A stretch of DNA of 64,000 bases from Trueperaceae bacterium (GCA_965214405.1 OZ243956.1:3616001-3680000), one strand, 5' to 3'. Shown: positions 12,243-22,989, numbered from the stretch's first letter. The notes: generated by a model not told the origin, from the sequence alone. Numbers and translations are program-made.

Positions 12243-15200
12243 TTGGCTATGTCGAAGGCTATATCAAAACTTCCTCAACTCAAAGCCTGCTTGTTGGGCG
12301 GCTTCAGTCTATTCGTAGACGGTCGGCCCCAGGAAAACGTCAACCAGCCGCAGCAGCAATCGCTGCTGGCTTATTTGATGTTGCAAACACAAACCCCGCA
12401 ACTTCGCAAGCATATCGCCTTTCTTTTTTGGCCCGATTCCAGCGAGAAGCGCGCTTACGCCAACTTGCGGGGTGCGTTGCACAAGTTGCGAAACGATTGT
12501 CCGGCGGTCGACCTTTACTTAACGAGTACGAATACGACCTTGGGGTGGCAGCGCCCCCCGACCTTTTCCCTTGATGTGCTCGAGTTCGAGCGTCTCGTCG
12601 CTCAAAGCCGTGAAACGGCCGACCGCAGCGTGCTCATGCAAGCGGAAGCGTGCTACCGCGGCGAATTGCTGCCAGGTTGCTTTGACGAGTGGCTTTTGCC
12701 GGAGCGGGAACGGCTCGACCAAAGTTACGCCCAGGTGCTCTACCGGTTGGTTGACGCGCTCGCCGCAGAAGGGGAGTACGAAACGGCCGTTCACTACGCG
12801 ACCCGGCTCCGCAACGCCGACCCTTTTAGCGAACGAACCTACCAGTTGCTGATGGCAACTTACGAAGCGCTCGGCGACCGCGCCGCCGCCCTGCGCGTCT
12901 ATCATGACTGTGCCGCCATGCTGGAGCGCGAACTTGGCGTGGAACCCGGCGCGGAAACCCATACCGTTTACAGCCGTATTCTCAACCGAAGCGCCTCCAC
13001 ACCGCCGGGGCCGCCTCCGACCTCGAGCCGACTCACGACCTACAAATTGGTGGGGCGTCAAGAGGCGTGGTACACCCTGCAAACCGCCTGGCAAACGGCC
13101 GGTTCGGGTCATCCCACGATGGTTTTAATCAGCGGTGAAGCCGGGATAGGTAAGACCCGCCTCGCTGAAGAGCTGCTGAGCTGGGCCGAGCAGCAGGGCT
13201 GTCTCACCGTTCACACCAGGGCCTACGCCGCCGAAGGCCAACTCACCTACGCGCCCGTTATCGCGTGGCTGCGTTCACCCCCCTATCGACAAGCCCTCCT
13301 TGGCTTAGAAGAGGTCTGGCTGAGCGAGTGCGCGAGGTTGCTACCGGAACTTTTAACAGCACGTCCCGACCTGTCCCCGCCGCTCCCGCTTAGCGAAAGT
13401 TGGCAGCGGCAACGCCTGTTTGAAGCTTTGGCCCGCGCCGTGCTAGCGCCGTCCGAACCCCTCCTGGTGCTCTTCGACGATATGCAGTGGGCGGATAAAG
13501 AAACCTTGGAATGGCTCCATTTTTTGCTGCGTCTCGAGCCAAGTGCGCCGCTGTTGGTCTTAGGCACGGCGCGCCTGTCGGAAGTGGACCCCCACCACCC
13601 GCTCACGGCCTTGCTCGAGCAGTTACACCGAAACGACCACATCCAGCACATCCCGCTCTCTCCCTTAAGCGCCGCCGCCAGCGACGAACTCGCACAACAC
13701 ATCACCCAGCACATCGCGGGGGGCGTAAGCGTTGAGACATTGGCCGAGCTGCGCCGCTACGCCGAGGGCGTGCCCCTCTTTTTGGTCGAGGCGCTGCGGG
13801 CCGAACTCGACAAAGACGAAAGCGAACGCTGGCGGTGGTCGAGCAGCCCGTTGAGCAGCCCGGCCTCGAGCCCCATCCCTCCGCCCTTGCCGCCCAAAGT
13901 GCAGGCCGTGATCCAGGCGCGTTTGAACCGGCTTTCGCCCGGGGCGCGTGGGTTGGCGAACCTAGCGGCGGTGCTTGGCCGTTCTTTTTCCTTGGAACTC
14001 CTCGCGCTCGCCAGCCGCAGCGATGAGGACAGCCTTGTGCAAGACCTAGACGAGCTGTGGCAGCGGCGCATCGTGCGTCAACAGGGCAGCGACTACGACC
14101 TCAGTCACGACCGCATCCGCGACGTGGCCTACGCCGAACTCTCCCCCGTGCAGCGCCAGCGCCTGCACCGCCACGCCGCTGAAGCTCTGGCCCGACACCA
14201 CGAAACTACCTTGGACACCGTCCAGCCTCAGTTGGCCCACCATTATGAAGAGGCCGGTCTTTTCGCTCAGGCCGTCGAGTCTTATTTGCAAGCCGGAAGA
14301 GCGGCGCAGCGGGTATTTGCCAACGCTCGAGCTTCCGAGTTGCTCAACCGGGGCGTCGCGCTGCTCGAGCACCTGCCCGCCACGCTAGAGCGCGACCAGC
14401 AAACGTTAGCGCTGTATGTAGCTTTGTCGGCCTCCTTGCAGGTCACAAAAGGTTGGACCTCTCTTGAAATGTATGAGGCGACCCACAAGGCGTGGCAACT
14501 GAGTAACACGTTGAACGACTCGAGCCAGGGTTTTCGCCAAGCCAAAGTCTTATTCAACCACCACGTCGTTGTCGGAAATTTGGATCAAGGCGGTCATGTG
14601 GCCCGACACTTGCTGGACATCGCCGAACGAGAAGGGTCCCACACCTTCTTCGTGACCGCGCATACCGACCAGGCGTTTGTTCATATGTGTCGGGGAAACT
14701 TAGAGCTGGCAGGGGGGCATGTCGAGCAAAGCTTTGCTCATTACGACCCTCGGCAGCACCGAACGCATCCTTTCCCCGGCAATGGTGACGATGTTTTCCC
14801 GTTTACGACGAAAGCTCATACCCTTTGGCTGCTCGGCTTTCCCGACGGAGCCCTGAACATGGCCCATGAAGGCGTCGGGTTGATGCAAAGGCTCGAGCGT
14901 CCCTTCAGCCAGGCGGTGGGATTGGCGTACTTGACGATGCTCTACGGGTTTCGCCGCGAGACGGTTAAAGTGGCCGAGTACGCTGAAACTTGCCTGGCGA
15001 TGACGACACGCTACGACATCGGCTATTACCATCACTGGGCTGAGATTTTTTGGGCCTGGACGCGAGCTTTGGCTCAGTCAGCAGGGTCGGACGAGAATCT
15101 ATACGAGGCTGCTTTACTCGAGGCGCTGGCCGAATTTGAGGCGACGGGTGCGCGTTTGCGCTTACCTTTTTACCTTTCTTTGCTGGCAGTGTTTTACGAG

Positions 15201-15611
15201 CAAGCAGGCGAGGTCGAACAGGGGCTCGAGAGTATCGACAAAGCCTTCTCAGCCGCCGCACGCCACAACGAGAACTGGTGGAACGCCGAACTCTACCGTT
15301 TGCGCGGGAATTTATTACTTTTACGGGGCAGCGCCGACGGGAACGGCTTAGCGGCGGAGGCTTACAGGCAAGCCATCGAGTTGGCCCGCGAACAAAAAGC
15401 GCGGTCTCTGGAACTGCGGGCCATGACGAGCCTGGCGCGTTTGTGGCGGACGCAAGGGCGGGCGGCGGGGGCGTATAGCGGGTTGGCGGCTGTTTATCAA
15501 GCGTTTACCGAAGGCTTTGGCACCCCCGATTTGAAAGAGGCCAAAGCTTTATTGGTGGTGCTCGAGGACGAAAGCCCCCGCCCCACGTCACACCGACCGA
15601 CGCTTGACTGA
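12243..15611 (+). CDS. SARP/BTAD + AAA ATPase + TPR transcriptional activator (AfsR-like STAND)
   Basis: N-terminal winged helix, BTAD (YRGELLPG..DEW..ERERL), Walker A GEAGIGKT, Walker B LFDDMQWAD, C-terminal ELRA..SLARLW..FTEGFGTPDL. Confidence 0.9.
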   Translation: MAMSKAISKLPQLKACLLGGFSLFVDGRPQENVNQPQQQSLLAYLMLQTQTPQLRKHIAFLFWPDSSEKRAYANLRGALHKLRNDCPAVDLYLTSTNTTLGWQRPPTFSLDVLEFERLVAQSRETADRSVLMQAEACYRGELLPGCFDEWLLPERERLDQSYAQVLYRLVDALAAEGEYETAVHYATRLRNADPFSERTYQLLMATYEALGDRAAALRVYHDCAAMLERELGVEPGAETHTVYSRILNRSASTPPGPPPTSSRLTTYKLVGRQEAWYTLQTAWQTAGSGHPTMVLISGEAGIGKTRLAEELLSWAEQQGCLTVHTRAYAAEGQLTYAPVIAWLRSPPYRQALLGLEEVWLSECARLLPELLTARPDLSPPLPLSESWQRQRLFEALARAVLAPSEPLLVLFDDMQWADKETLEWLHFLLRLEPSAPLLVLGTARLSEVDPHHPLTALLEQLHRNDHIQHIPLSPLSAAASDELAQHITQHIAGGVSVETLAELRRYAEGVPLFLVEALRAELDKDESERWRWSSSPLSSPASSPIPPPLPPKVQAVIQARLNRLSPGARGLANLAAVLGRSFSLELLALASRSDEDSLVQDLDELWQRRIVRQQGSDYDLSHDRIRDVAYAELSPVQRQRLHRHAAEALARHHETTLDTVQPQLAHHYEEAGLFAQAVESYLQAGRAAQRVFANARASELLNRGVALLEHLPATLERDQQTLALYVALSASLQVTKGWTSLEMYEATHKAWQLSNTLNDSSQGFRQAKVLFNHHVVVGNLDQGGHVARHLLDIAEREGSHTFFVTAHTDQAFVHMCRGNLELAGGHVEQSFAHYDPRQHRTHPFPGNGDDVFPFTTKAHTLWLLGFPDGALNMAHEGVGLMQRLERPFSQAVGLAYLTMLYGFRRETVKVAEYAETCLAMTTRYDIGYYHHWAEIFWAWTRALAQSAGSDENLYEAALLEALAEFEATGARLRLPFYLSLLAVFYEQAGEVEQGLESIDKAFSAAARHNENWWNAELYRLRGNLLLLRGSADGNGLAAEAYRQAIELAREQKARSLELRAMTSLARLWRTQGRAAGAYSGLAAVYQAFTEGFGTPDLKEAKALLVVLEDESPRPTSHRPTLD

Positions 15612-15672
15612 CGCCGAATCGTCTCTCTTGCCTTAGCAACCAACGCTTAAGTAACGGTCACTGTTCCATACT
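15597..15672 (+). promoter_or_regulatory. Putative SARP operators and -10 box for the ALDH/BBE operon
   Basis: Two heptamer pairs with 11-bp period (CCGACGC-N4-CTGACGC; CCAACGC-N4-GTAACGG), then CATACT 9 nt downstream. Confidence 0.55.
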
Positions 15673-16006
15673 CGCCTCATAACAAGTTGAAGGAGGTGAG
15701 GGTGGCTTGCTCGAGCACGACATCCAGGCCACTGCTGGGGTAAAGGCACCTTGTGCCTCAGCCTGATACCAAAACACGTGAAAGGGGCTGAATAACGTTG
15801 CAAAAAACGAGCGTTCGTGGTCTCACCGCCTAGAAACCGCCGTCACGACAGGTATAAGAACAGGATTTTGGCGACCGCTTCGGCTTGACACGTTTTGTTC
15901 TTAGGCGCATAATCGCCCCACTCTTTTATCAATCCCGTGCTCGAGCGGTAGACGCGGGTGGCGCTGGGCTACCCGCAGAAGCCGATTAGCTATCTGGAGG
16001 TGTTCC

Positions 16007-17425
16007 ATGTCCGTTACAACCGCAAATTTCAGCCTAACCATTGGCGGGAAAGAGGCAGCCACGAGGGGGACCTTCGGCGTCATCAACCCCGCCACGGGCT
16101 CGGTCTTCGCCGCGGCCCCCGACTGCACCGACGCCCAACTTGACGACGCCATGACCGCCGCCGCCGAGGCGTTTCGGGGCTGGCGAAAGGACGAAGAGAA
16201 GCGGCGTCAGGCGCTTCGAGACTGCGCCGCGGCGATAGACGCGCACGCGGAAGAGGTGGCGCGAATAGAGACGCTCGAGCAGGGCAAACCGCTCCGCGAC
16301 TCGCTCGGCGAGATGGGCGGCGCGGCGCACTGGTTCAAAGAATTTGCCACCTTCCCCATCCCTTGTGACGTGCTGCGAGACAACGAGAGCGAGCGGGTCG
16401 AGGTCCGCCGCAAGCCCTTAGGCGTCGTCGGCTCGATTGCGCCGTGGAATTTCCCCGTCTTCTTGGCGGCCATGAAGGTAGCGCCCGCGCTCCTGGCTGG
16501 GAACACGGTGGTGCTCAAGCCGTCGCCTTACACCCCGCTCGCCACGCTCAAGCTCGGCGAGGTGCTACGGGAAGCTCTCCCTCCGGGGGTGCTCAACGTC
16601 GTCTCGGGCGGGGACGCGTTGGGCGCGGCCATCACCACGCACCCGGCGGTCCGCAAGGTTTGCTTTACCGGCTCGGTCGAAACGGGCAAAAAGGTCGCCG
16701 CCGCTGCCGCCCCCGACCTCAAGCGGCTGGTGCTCGAGCTGGGCGGCAACGACCCGGCCATCGTGCTTGACGATGTAGACCCGAAAGGGGTGGCTGAGAC
16801 GCTGTTTTGGGGTGCCTTTTGGAATGCGGGGCAGGTCTGTTTTGCCATCAAACGCCTCTACGTCCACGAGCGGGTCTACTCGGCGCTGGTTCAGGAACTC
16901 GCCGACCTTGCCAAGAACGTGCGGGTCGGCGATGGTCTCGACCCCGCCACGCAGCTTGGGCCACTCAACAACAAGCCGCAGCTCGAGCGGGTCACGGAAC
17001 TGGTGGAGGACGCAAAACGCTCGGGTGCGACCATCGTCACCGGTGGAGACCGCCTCAGCAGGCCGGGCTACTTTTATTTGCCTACCATCGTCACGGACGT
17101 CGCCGAAGGCACCCGGCTGGTGGACGAAGAGCAGTTCGGCCCGGCGCTTCCCGTCATGCCTTTTTCTAACGTTAAGGACGCGCTCGAGCGGGCGAACGCC
17201 ACCCACTTCGGTCTGAAAGCCTCCGTGTGGACGAAAGACCTAGACAAAGGGGCCGATATCGCAGCACAACTCGAGAGCGGCACGGCTTCAGTAAACAAGC
17301 ACGGCGGGGTAGACCCGGCGGTTCCCATCGGGGGCTCGAAGTGGTCGGGCATCGGCTACCAGAACGGCACCTGGGGGCTCGAGGCCTACAGCGAGTTGCA
17401 GGTCATCGAGCTAAACAAGACGTGA
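16007..17425 (+). CDS. NAD-dependent aldehyde dehydrogenase
   Basis: PWNFP, FTGS, LELGGNDP, NAGQVC catalytic Cys, EQFGP; GGAGG RBS. Confidence 0.95.
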   Translation: MSVTTANFSLTIGGKEAATRGTFGVINPATGSVFAAAPDCTDAQLDDAMTAAAEAFRGWRKDEEKRRQALRDCAAAIDAHAEEVARIETLEQGKPLRDSLGEMGGAAHWFKEFATFPIPCDVLRDNESERVEVRRKPLGVVGSIAPWNFPVFLAAMKVAPALLAGNTVVLKPSPYTPLATLKLGEVLREALPPGVLNVVSGGDALGAAITTHPAVRKVCFTGSVETGKKVAAAAAPDLKRLVLELGGNDPAIVLDDVDPKGVAETLFWGAFWNAGQVCFAIKRLYVHERVYSALVQELADLAKNVRVGDGLDPATQLGPLNNKPQLERVTELVEDAKRSGATIVTGGDRLSRPGYFYLPTIVTDVAEGTRLVDEEQFGPALPVMPFSNVKDALERANATHFGLKASVWTKDLDKGADIAAQLESGTASVNKHGGVDPAVPIGGSKWSGIGYQNGTWGLEAYSELQVIELNKT

Positions 17426-17493
17426 CGGTGCGGAGGCCGGCTATCGACACTGGGCCACGGTTAATACGGCCAAACACGACCAAGGAGGTCAGG

Positions 17494-18960
17494 ATGACAA
17501 CGTTAGAGGCGACGACATTTTTAGAAGTAGCGACACTGACGGGTGAGAGAGCCCGAATAGACATACAGACCGTGAACGCCTTGCGAGGGGCCGTTCGCGG
17601 CCCGGTTCTCACTGCCGACGCCCCCGGCTACGACGAAGCGCGCCGGGTCTGGAACAAGCTGATCGACAAACGCCCCGCGCTGATCGTGCGTCCTACAGGA
17701 ACAGCCGACGTGGTGACGGCCGTCAACTTTGCTCGTGAGCACAACGTCTTGCTCGCCGTTCACGGGGGCGGCCACGGCGTAGCGGGCAACGCGACCTGCG
17801 ACGGCGGCCTCATGCTCGACTTGTCGCTGATGAAAGGGATATATGTAGACCCTCACGAAAGAACGGCCCACGCGCAAGGCGGCGTGACCTGGGGCGACTT
17901 AGACCACGAAACCCAACTGCACGGCCTGGCGACCCCCGGCGGCATCGTGTCTGAAACCGGCATCGCCGGACTGACCTTGGGCGGCGGCTACGGCTGGCTG
18001 CGCGGCAAGTACGGCCTGAGTTGCGACAACCTCGTTTCCGTAGAAATCGTGACCGCCGCAGGCGAGGTTCTGAGCGCCAGCGAGCGCGAGAACGAAGACC
18101 TTTTTTGGGCGCTGCGCGGTGGGGGCGGCAATTTCGGGGTCGTGACCTCGTTCGAGTACCGGCTCCACCCGGTTGGGCCGGTGGTCAACTTAGTCGCCGC
18201 CATGTATCCCAACGAGAAAACGGAGGAGATTCTACCCGCCTGGCGCGACTACGTCGCCCAAGCGCCGCCCGAATTCAGCGGCAACTGCCTCTTCTGGACC
18301 GTTCCCGACGTGCCTGACTTTCCACCCGAAGCGCGCAACCGAGGGGTTGTCGTTGTCGCGGGCGTCCATATCGGGCCACTGGACGAAGGGGCGGCTTTCG
18401 TTCAACCCCTGTGGGAACTGGCGGAGCCTCTGGTCGACCTGAGTGGGCAACTGCCTTTCGCCGTCGTTCAGACGTTGTTCGACTGGGTCAACCCCGAAGG
18501 CGAAGTCTACCACTACTGGAAATCGCTTCACCTCAACGAAATCAACGACGAGGTCGTCGCCATCGTCGCGGAACAGGTCCGCAACCGCCCCACCGACTGG
18601 ACGATATTCGACATCTGGGCGATGGGCGACACCGTCACCCGTGTTCCCACCGAGGCCACGGCGCTGGGCGACCGCAGCGCGCCTTATACCCTCGTGTTCA
18701 ACACCTCTTGGCACGACCCGGCCCTGTCGGAAACGTGTATCGAATGGACGCGCCGCTTCTATGAACGGCTGCAGCCCTATTCCTCCGGTCGCTCGTACCT
18801 GAACTTTCCCGGTTTTATGGAAGAAGAGGGTTTGGTTGAGAGGGCTTATGGTCGTAATTACGACCGGCTCGCTGACATCAAAGCCAAATACGACCCCCAA
18901 AACTTGTTCCGCTTGAATCAGAACATCGAGCCGACGCAAGCTTATACTGACCGCGGATAA
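17494..18960 (+). CDS. FAD-binding oxidoreductase, berberine-bridge-enzyme-like
   Basis: GGGHG flavinylation motif, GLTLGGGYG, LFWALRGGGGNFGVVT, C-terminal YLNF..KAKYDPQNLF; AAGGAGG RBS before ATG 17494. Confidence 0.92.
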   Translation: MTTLEATTFLEVATLTGERARIDIQTVNALRGAVRGPVLTADAPGYDEARRVWNKLIDKRPALIVRPTGTADVVTAVNFAREHNVLLAVHGGGHGVAGNATCDGGLMLDLSLMKGIYVDPHERTAHAQGGVTWGDLDHETQLHGLATPGGIVSETGIAGLTLGGGYGWLRGKYGLSCDNLVSVEIVTAAGEVLSASERENEDLFWALRGGGGNFGVVTSFEYRLHPVGPVVNLVAAMYPNEKTEEILPAWRDYVAQAPPEFSGNCLFWTVPDVPDFPPEARNRGVVVVAGVHIGPLDEGAAFVQPLWELAEPLVDLSGQLPFAVVQTLFDWVNPEGEVYHYWKSLHLNEINDEVVAIVAEQVRNRPTDWTIFDIWAMGDTVTRVPTEATALGDRSAPYTLVFNTSWHDPALSETCIEWTRRFYERLQPYSSGRSYLNFPGFMEEEGLVERAYGRNYDRLADIKAKYDPQNLFRLNQNIEPTQAYTDRG

Positions 18961-18982
18961 CGTCTTGACTGTCCTCTAAGCA

Positions 18983-19028
18983 GAGAATGCAGAAGGGGAA
19001 CAAAAGAAAAGAGGCGTTCTGCATTCTC
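18983..19028. repeat. Inverted repeat between convergent BBE gene and dnaE
   Basis: GAGAATGCAGAA ... TTCTGCATTCTC (12-bp arms). Confidence 0.55.
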
Positions 19029-19083
19029 CTTCAACCTTTTAGGCAACGTTTCTGTACCTTTGGTAGCTTGTGGGTAAGGTGAA

Positions 19084-22000
19084 TTAGAAAGGTACCTCGG
19101 GCTGTGCAGCACTGGCGGGGGCGGCCTTGCGGTAGCGGTTCCCGTTGTCGCGTTCGCGCAGCAAGACATCACGGTCGACCGTGACAGTGGTTTTGAGCCA
19201 GGGGCAACTCGTCTCGAGCTCCCTAAGCTTCTCCTCGTCAATGCGAATGTTTTCCGTCGCGTAGGTGGCGACGCCGCGCTGTGAGCGCACTTTGAAGCGC
19301 AGGGGGAGGCGGCCCGCGTATTCGTCCACCTGCGAACGAAAGTCGTACAGCAGATGCGCGTCTACCTCGTCCAAGTCAAACTCGGCAATTGCAACTTTAG
19401 GCAGCCCCTCGCGCTCCTCCCAGCGGATGAGCCTATCCGCCACCACGCGCACCGCCTCGCCGTCTTCGGAAAGTTCGGCGATGAGCACCGCGGGCGCATC
19501 CTCGACCAAGCGGTCGGCGACCTCGTCGTAGGTCCGCGAAAAGGCGACCACCTCGCGCGAGCCCGACTCGTCGGCCAACTCGAAGCGGGCCATCATCGTG
19601 CCCTTTTTGGTGGGCTTTTTGACGATGTTTTGCAGCATCCCCGCGAGCGCCACCTTGAGGCGCAAGGAGCCGTACTGCCCCTGACTCTCTCCCGCAGCGG
19701 CGCGCGCCGCCTTGAACCACGCCTCGAGCCCGTCCACCGGGCAACTCGCCGCCGCCGAGAGGCCGGGGTAGGAGTTCATGGGGTGGTCGGAAATGTACAA
19801 ACCCAAGGCTTCTTTTTCGAAGCGCAAGAGCTCGAGCTTGCTCAACTTCTTCACCTTGGCGGGCGCGGGAGGCCGCGTCTCCTCAGCCCCGAAGAGCCCC
19901 ATTTGCCCCTTCAAGGCCTGCTCGCGCTGCGCCGCGCCCCAGCGCATGGCGGGCTCCACGTTGGCTAAAAGCGTGCTCCGGTCGCCCAGCTTGTCGAACG
20001 CCCCCGCTTTGACAAGATGCTCTATCGCCCGCTTATTAACCGTGCTCGTGTCCACGCGGCGGCAGAAATCGTAGAGGTCCTTGAAGGGTCCTCGCGCCGT
20101 GCGCTCTTCAATCATATGCGCCACCGCGCCGTCGCCCACGTTCTTGATGCCGTAGAGCCCGAAGCGGACCACCTCGCCCACGGGCGTGAAGTCGCTCCGT
20201 GACTCGTTGATGTCGGGCGGCAAGACGTCCGTCCCCAAACGCCTCGCGTCGCTCACGTACTGCGCGACCTTGTCCGAGTTGGCGCGTTCGACGGTGAAAA
20301 GCGCGGCGGCGAACTCGACGGGGTAGTGCGCCTTGAGGTAGGCGGTTTGGTAGGACAAGGCACCGTAGGCGGTGCTGTGAGCCTTGTTAAAACCGTAGTT
20401 GGCGAACTTCTCGAGCAGGTCGAAAATCGCGTTGGCCTCACCCGCCGGGATGCCCTTGTCGGCGGCTCCCTTTTTGAAAATCTCGCGGTGCTTGACCATC
20501 GCCTCGAGGATTTTCTTACCCATCGCCTTGCGTAACAAGTCGGCTTCGCCCAGGCTGTATCCCGCGACGGCCTGGGCAATCTTCAGGATTTGCTCCTGGT
20601 ACACGGGGATTCCGTAGGTTTCTTCTAGGATGGACTCGAGATACTCGCGCGACGCCGGAAAGTCTGCATAAGGGTCCTCGGTAAAATTTGGGTCGGTGGT
20701 GCCGTGATGCCGCCGGATATAGGTCGGGATATTTTCCATCGGGCCGGGGCGGTACAAGGCCGACACCGCAATAAGGTCCTGAACCCGGTTAGGTTTAAGC
20801 TTGCGCAGCGTGTCCACCATCCCCGGCGACTCGAACTGGAACACCCCCGCCGCCTCGCCGCGCGAGAGCAGTTCAAATGTTTTCGCGTCGTCTAACGGAA
20901 ATGCGTCCGGGTTCAAGTCAATGCCGCGCGACTCCTTGACGATGCGCACCGCCGCCTCGATAAAAGACAAGGTCCGCAAGCCCAAAAAGTCCATCTTGAT
21001 AAAGCCCAAGTCTTCGACCGAACTCATGTCGTACTGGCAGACGATGGGACCGTCGCCGCTGCGGAACACGGGCGCAAGTTCTTGGACGGGTTGGCGGGCG
21101 ATGATGACCCCCGCCGCGTGGACCGAGGCGTGCCTCGTCAGGCCTTCTAAGCTCAGCGCCACGTCCACGAATTCTTTCGCGCCACTCTCGTAATGCTGCT
21201 TGATTTCGGCCACTTCCTCCATCGCCCTTGCGATGGGTGTGGAGCGACCGAACACCACCGGGATGAGTTTGGAAATTTTGTCGGCGTCGGCGTAGGGGGC
21301 TTCCAACACCCGCGCGGCGTCGCGGATGGCCGCCTTGGACGCCATCGTTCCGAAGGTGGCGATTTGCGCGACCTTGTCGTCCCCGTACTTCCGCCTTACG
21401 TAGTCCACCACCTCCATACGCCGCGTGTCGGAAAAGTCCACGTCAATGTCGGGCATACTGATGCGGTCGGGGTTCAAAAACCTCTCGAAAAGCAGGCCGT
21501 ATTGCAGAGGCTCGATGTTGGTAATCTTGGTTGCGTAACAAACAATTGAGCCCGCGCCCGAGCCCCGGCCCGGCCCCACCGCGATACCCTGGTCCTTGGC
21601 CCAGTTGATAAAGTCGGCAACAATCAGCAGGTAGTCGGGAAAGCCCATCGAGATGGTGACGCCGAGTTCGTACTCGGCGCGTTCTAAGATGATCAGCGCC
21701 TCTTCGCTCACGTCCGCCGTTTTAAGCTTTTCCAAGTGCGGGTACGTCACATACTTTTCCCCGGCCACTTTGGCTTGCGCCTGACACTTTTCACCCTCGG
21801 TAGCCAAGGCGAGTAGCACGTCTTCCAATTTCTCAGGCACGTTCGCCGTGGCTTGGGAAAGGTACGCCCGGTAAAGCGCCTCGGTAATGACCTCGTACCG
21901 CTCGATCAACCCCTCATACGTCTGCACCCGCAACTGCTCGGCCAGCGTCCGGCCCGCCGGGATGGGCAATTCAGGCATCTGGTAAACGCGCTTAGACCCC

Positions 22001-22896
22001 ACCGGCAGCACCACGTCACATAGGTCGGCAATGTCCATCGTGCGCGCCAACGCCCCCGGAAAATCGGCCTCGGGAATTGCCTTTGCCATCTCCTCAGGTG
22101 TCTTGACGTAAAACTCGTCGCAGGGAAAGCGAAAGCGTTTGGGGTCCGAGAGCGTCGTTTTGGTCTGAATCGCCAGCAGCGCCTCGTGCGCTTTCGCGTC
22201 CTCGCGCTTTACATAATGCCCGTCGTTGGTGGCGACGAGCCCGAGGCCGTACTGGTCTGCGAGAGAACGCAACATCGGGTTGAGCCGCGTTTGCTGCTCG
22301 GACAAATCGCGCAGCTTCTCGTCCATCGCCTCGGCAGCTTCGGGCACGTGGTTCTGGAGTTCGACAAAAAAGTCGTCACCGTAAATATCTAAATATTGCT
22401 TTAGCGTCTCCTCGCCTGCCTCCTCGCCAATATCCAACAGCGCCCGCGGAATCTGCGCGCCCAAGCAGCCCGACAAGGCGATGACGCCCTCTGAATACTC
22501 GCGCAACAGTTCATGGTCCACCCTCGGTTTGCCGTAGAAGCCCTCGAGCCAGCCCCTCGAGTTGAGCTTGCACAGGTTCTGGTAGCCCTTAAAATTCTTC
22601 GCCAACAGCGTCAGGTGAAAATAGCCGCCGTCGAGTTTTGAACTTCCTTTGCGCTTGTCAAACCTCGAGCCCGCCGTTACATAAGCCTCAAAACCGATAA
22701 TCGGCTTGACGCCCGCTTTTTCGGCCTCCTTGTAAAACTCCACCGCGCCGTGCATGTTGCCGTGGTCGGTCATCGCCACCACCGGGTTGTCGGGCGAAAC
22801 CTCCTTGACCCATTTCATGAGGTCTTTGATGCGCGCGGCCCCGTCTAGGAGGCTGTAGGCGGTGTGCTGGTGGAGGTGGGCAAATTTGAGAGCCAT
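19084..22896 (-). CDS. dnaE: DNA polymerase III alpha subunit
   Basis: PHP HLHQHTAYSLLDG, GRGSGAGS, MPDIDVDF, KMDFLGL, FANYGFNK, OB fold; Deinococcus-Thermus-type insertion; no intein. Confidence 0.97.
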   Translation of the reverse strand: MALKFAHLHQHTAYSLLDGAARIKDLMKWVKEVSPDNPVVAMTDHGNMHGAVEFYKEAEKAGVKPIIGFEAYVTAGSRFDKRKGSSKLDGGYFHLTLLAKNFKGYQNLCKLNSRGWLEGFYGKPRVDHELLREYSEGVIALSGCLGAQIPRALLDIGEEAGEETLKQYLDIYGDDFFVELQNHVPEAAEAMDEKLRDLSEQQTRLNPMLRSLADQYGLGLVATNDGHYVKREDAKAHEALLAIQTKTTLSDPKRFRFPCDEFYVKTPEEMAKAIPEADFPGALARTMDIADLCDVVLPVGSKRVYQMPELPIPAGRTLAEQLRVQTYEGLIERYEVITEALYRAYLSQATANVPEKLEDVLLALATEGEKCQAQAKVAGEKYVTYPHLEKLKTADVSEEALIILERAEYELGVTISMGFPDYLLIVADFINWAKDQGIAVGPGRGSGAGSIVCYATKITNIEPLQYGLLFERFLNPDRISMPDIDVDFSDTRRMEVVDYVRRKYGDDKVAQIATFGTMASKAAIRDAARVLEAPYADADKISKLIPVVFGRSTPIARAMEEVAEIKQHYESGAKEFVDVALSLEGLTRHASVHAAGVIIARQPVQELAPVFRSGDGPIVCQYDMSSVEDLGFIKMDFLGLRTLSFIEAAVRIVKESRGIDLNPDAFPLDDAKTFELLSRGEAAGVFQFESPGMVDTLRKLKPNRVQDLIAVSALYRPGPMENIPTYIRRHHGTTDPNFTEDPYADFPASREYLESILEETYGIPVYQEQILKIAQAVAGYSLGEADLLRKAMGKKILEAMVKHREIFKKGAADKGIPAGEANAIFDLLEKFANYGFNKAHSTAYGALSYQTAYLKAHYPVEFAAALFTVERANSDKVAQYVSDARRLGTDVLPPDINESRSDFTPVGEVVRFGLYGIKNVGDGAVAHMIEERTARGPFKDLYDFCRRVDTSTVNKRAIEHLVKAGAFDKLGDRSTLLANVEPAMRWGAAQREQALKGQMGLFGAEETRPPAPAKVKKLSKLELLRFEKEALGLYISDHPMNSYPGLSAAASCPVDGLEAWFKAARAAAGESQGQYGSLRLKVALAGMLQNIVKKPTKKGTMMARFELADESGSREVVAFSRTYDEVADRLVEDAPAVLIAELSEDGEAVRVVADRLIRWEEREGLPKVAIAEFDLDEVDAHLLYDFRSQVDEYAGRLPLRFKVRSQRGVATYATENIRIDEEKLRELETSCPWLKTTVTVDRDVLLRERDNGNRYRKAAPASAAQPEVPF

Positions 22897-22989
22897 GCCC
22901 TATTCTAACCCCGACTTGACAGGACTCGAGTGGGGGAGGCTTGAGGCACCAATTAAGTTGCGTCTGCTACAGGTAGAGTAGACTGACCC

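Noticed and set aside
17494..18960. Absence of CTCGAG in the BBE gene as proof of recent transfer
   Set aside because: Other apparently native genes (mscS, ctpA) also have few sites; too weak without statistics
19084..22896. Intein in dnaE
   Set aside because: The usual sites are uninterrupted; the extra segment lacks splicing motifs and looks like the lineage-specific insertion
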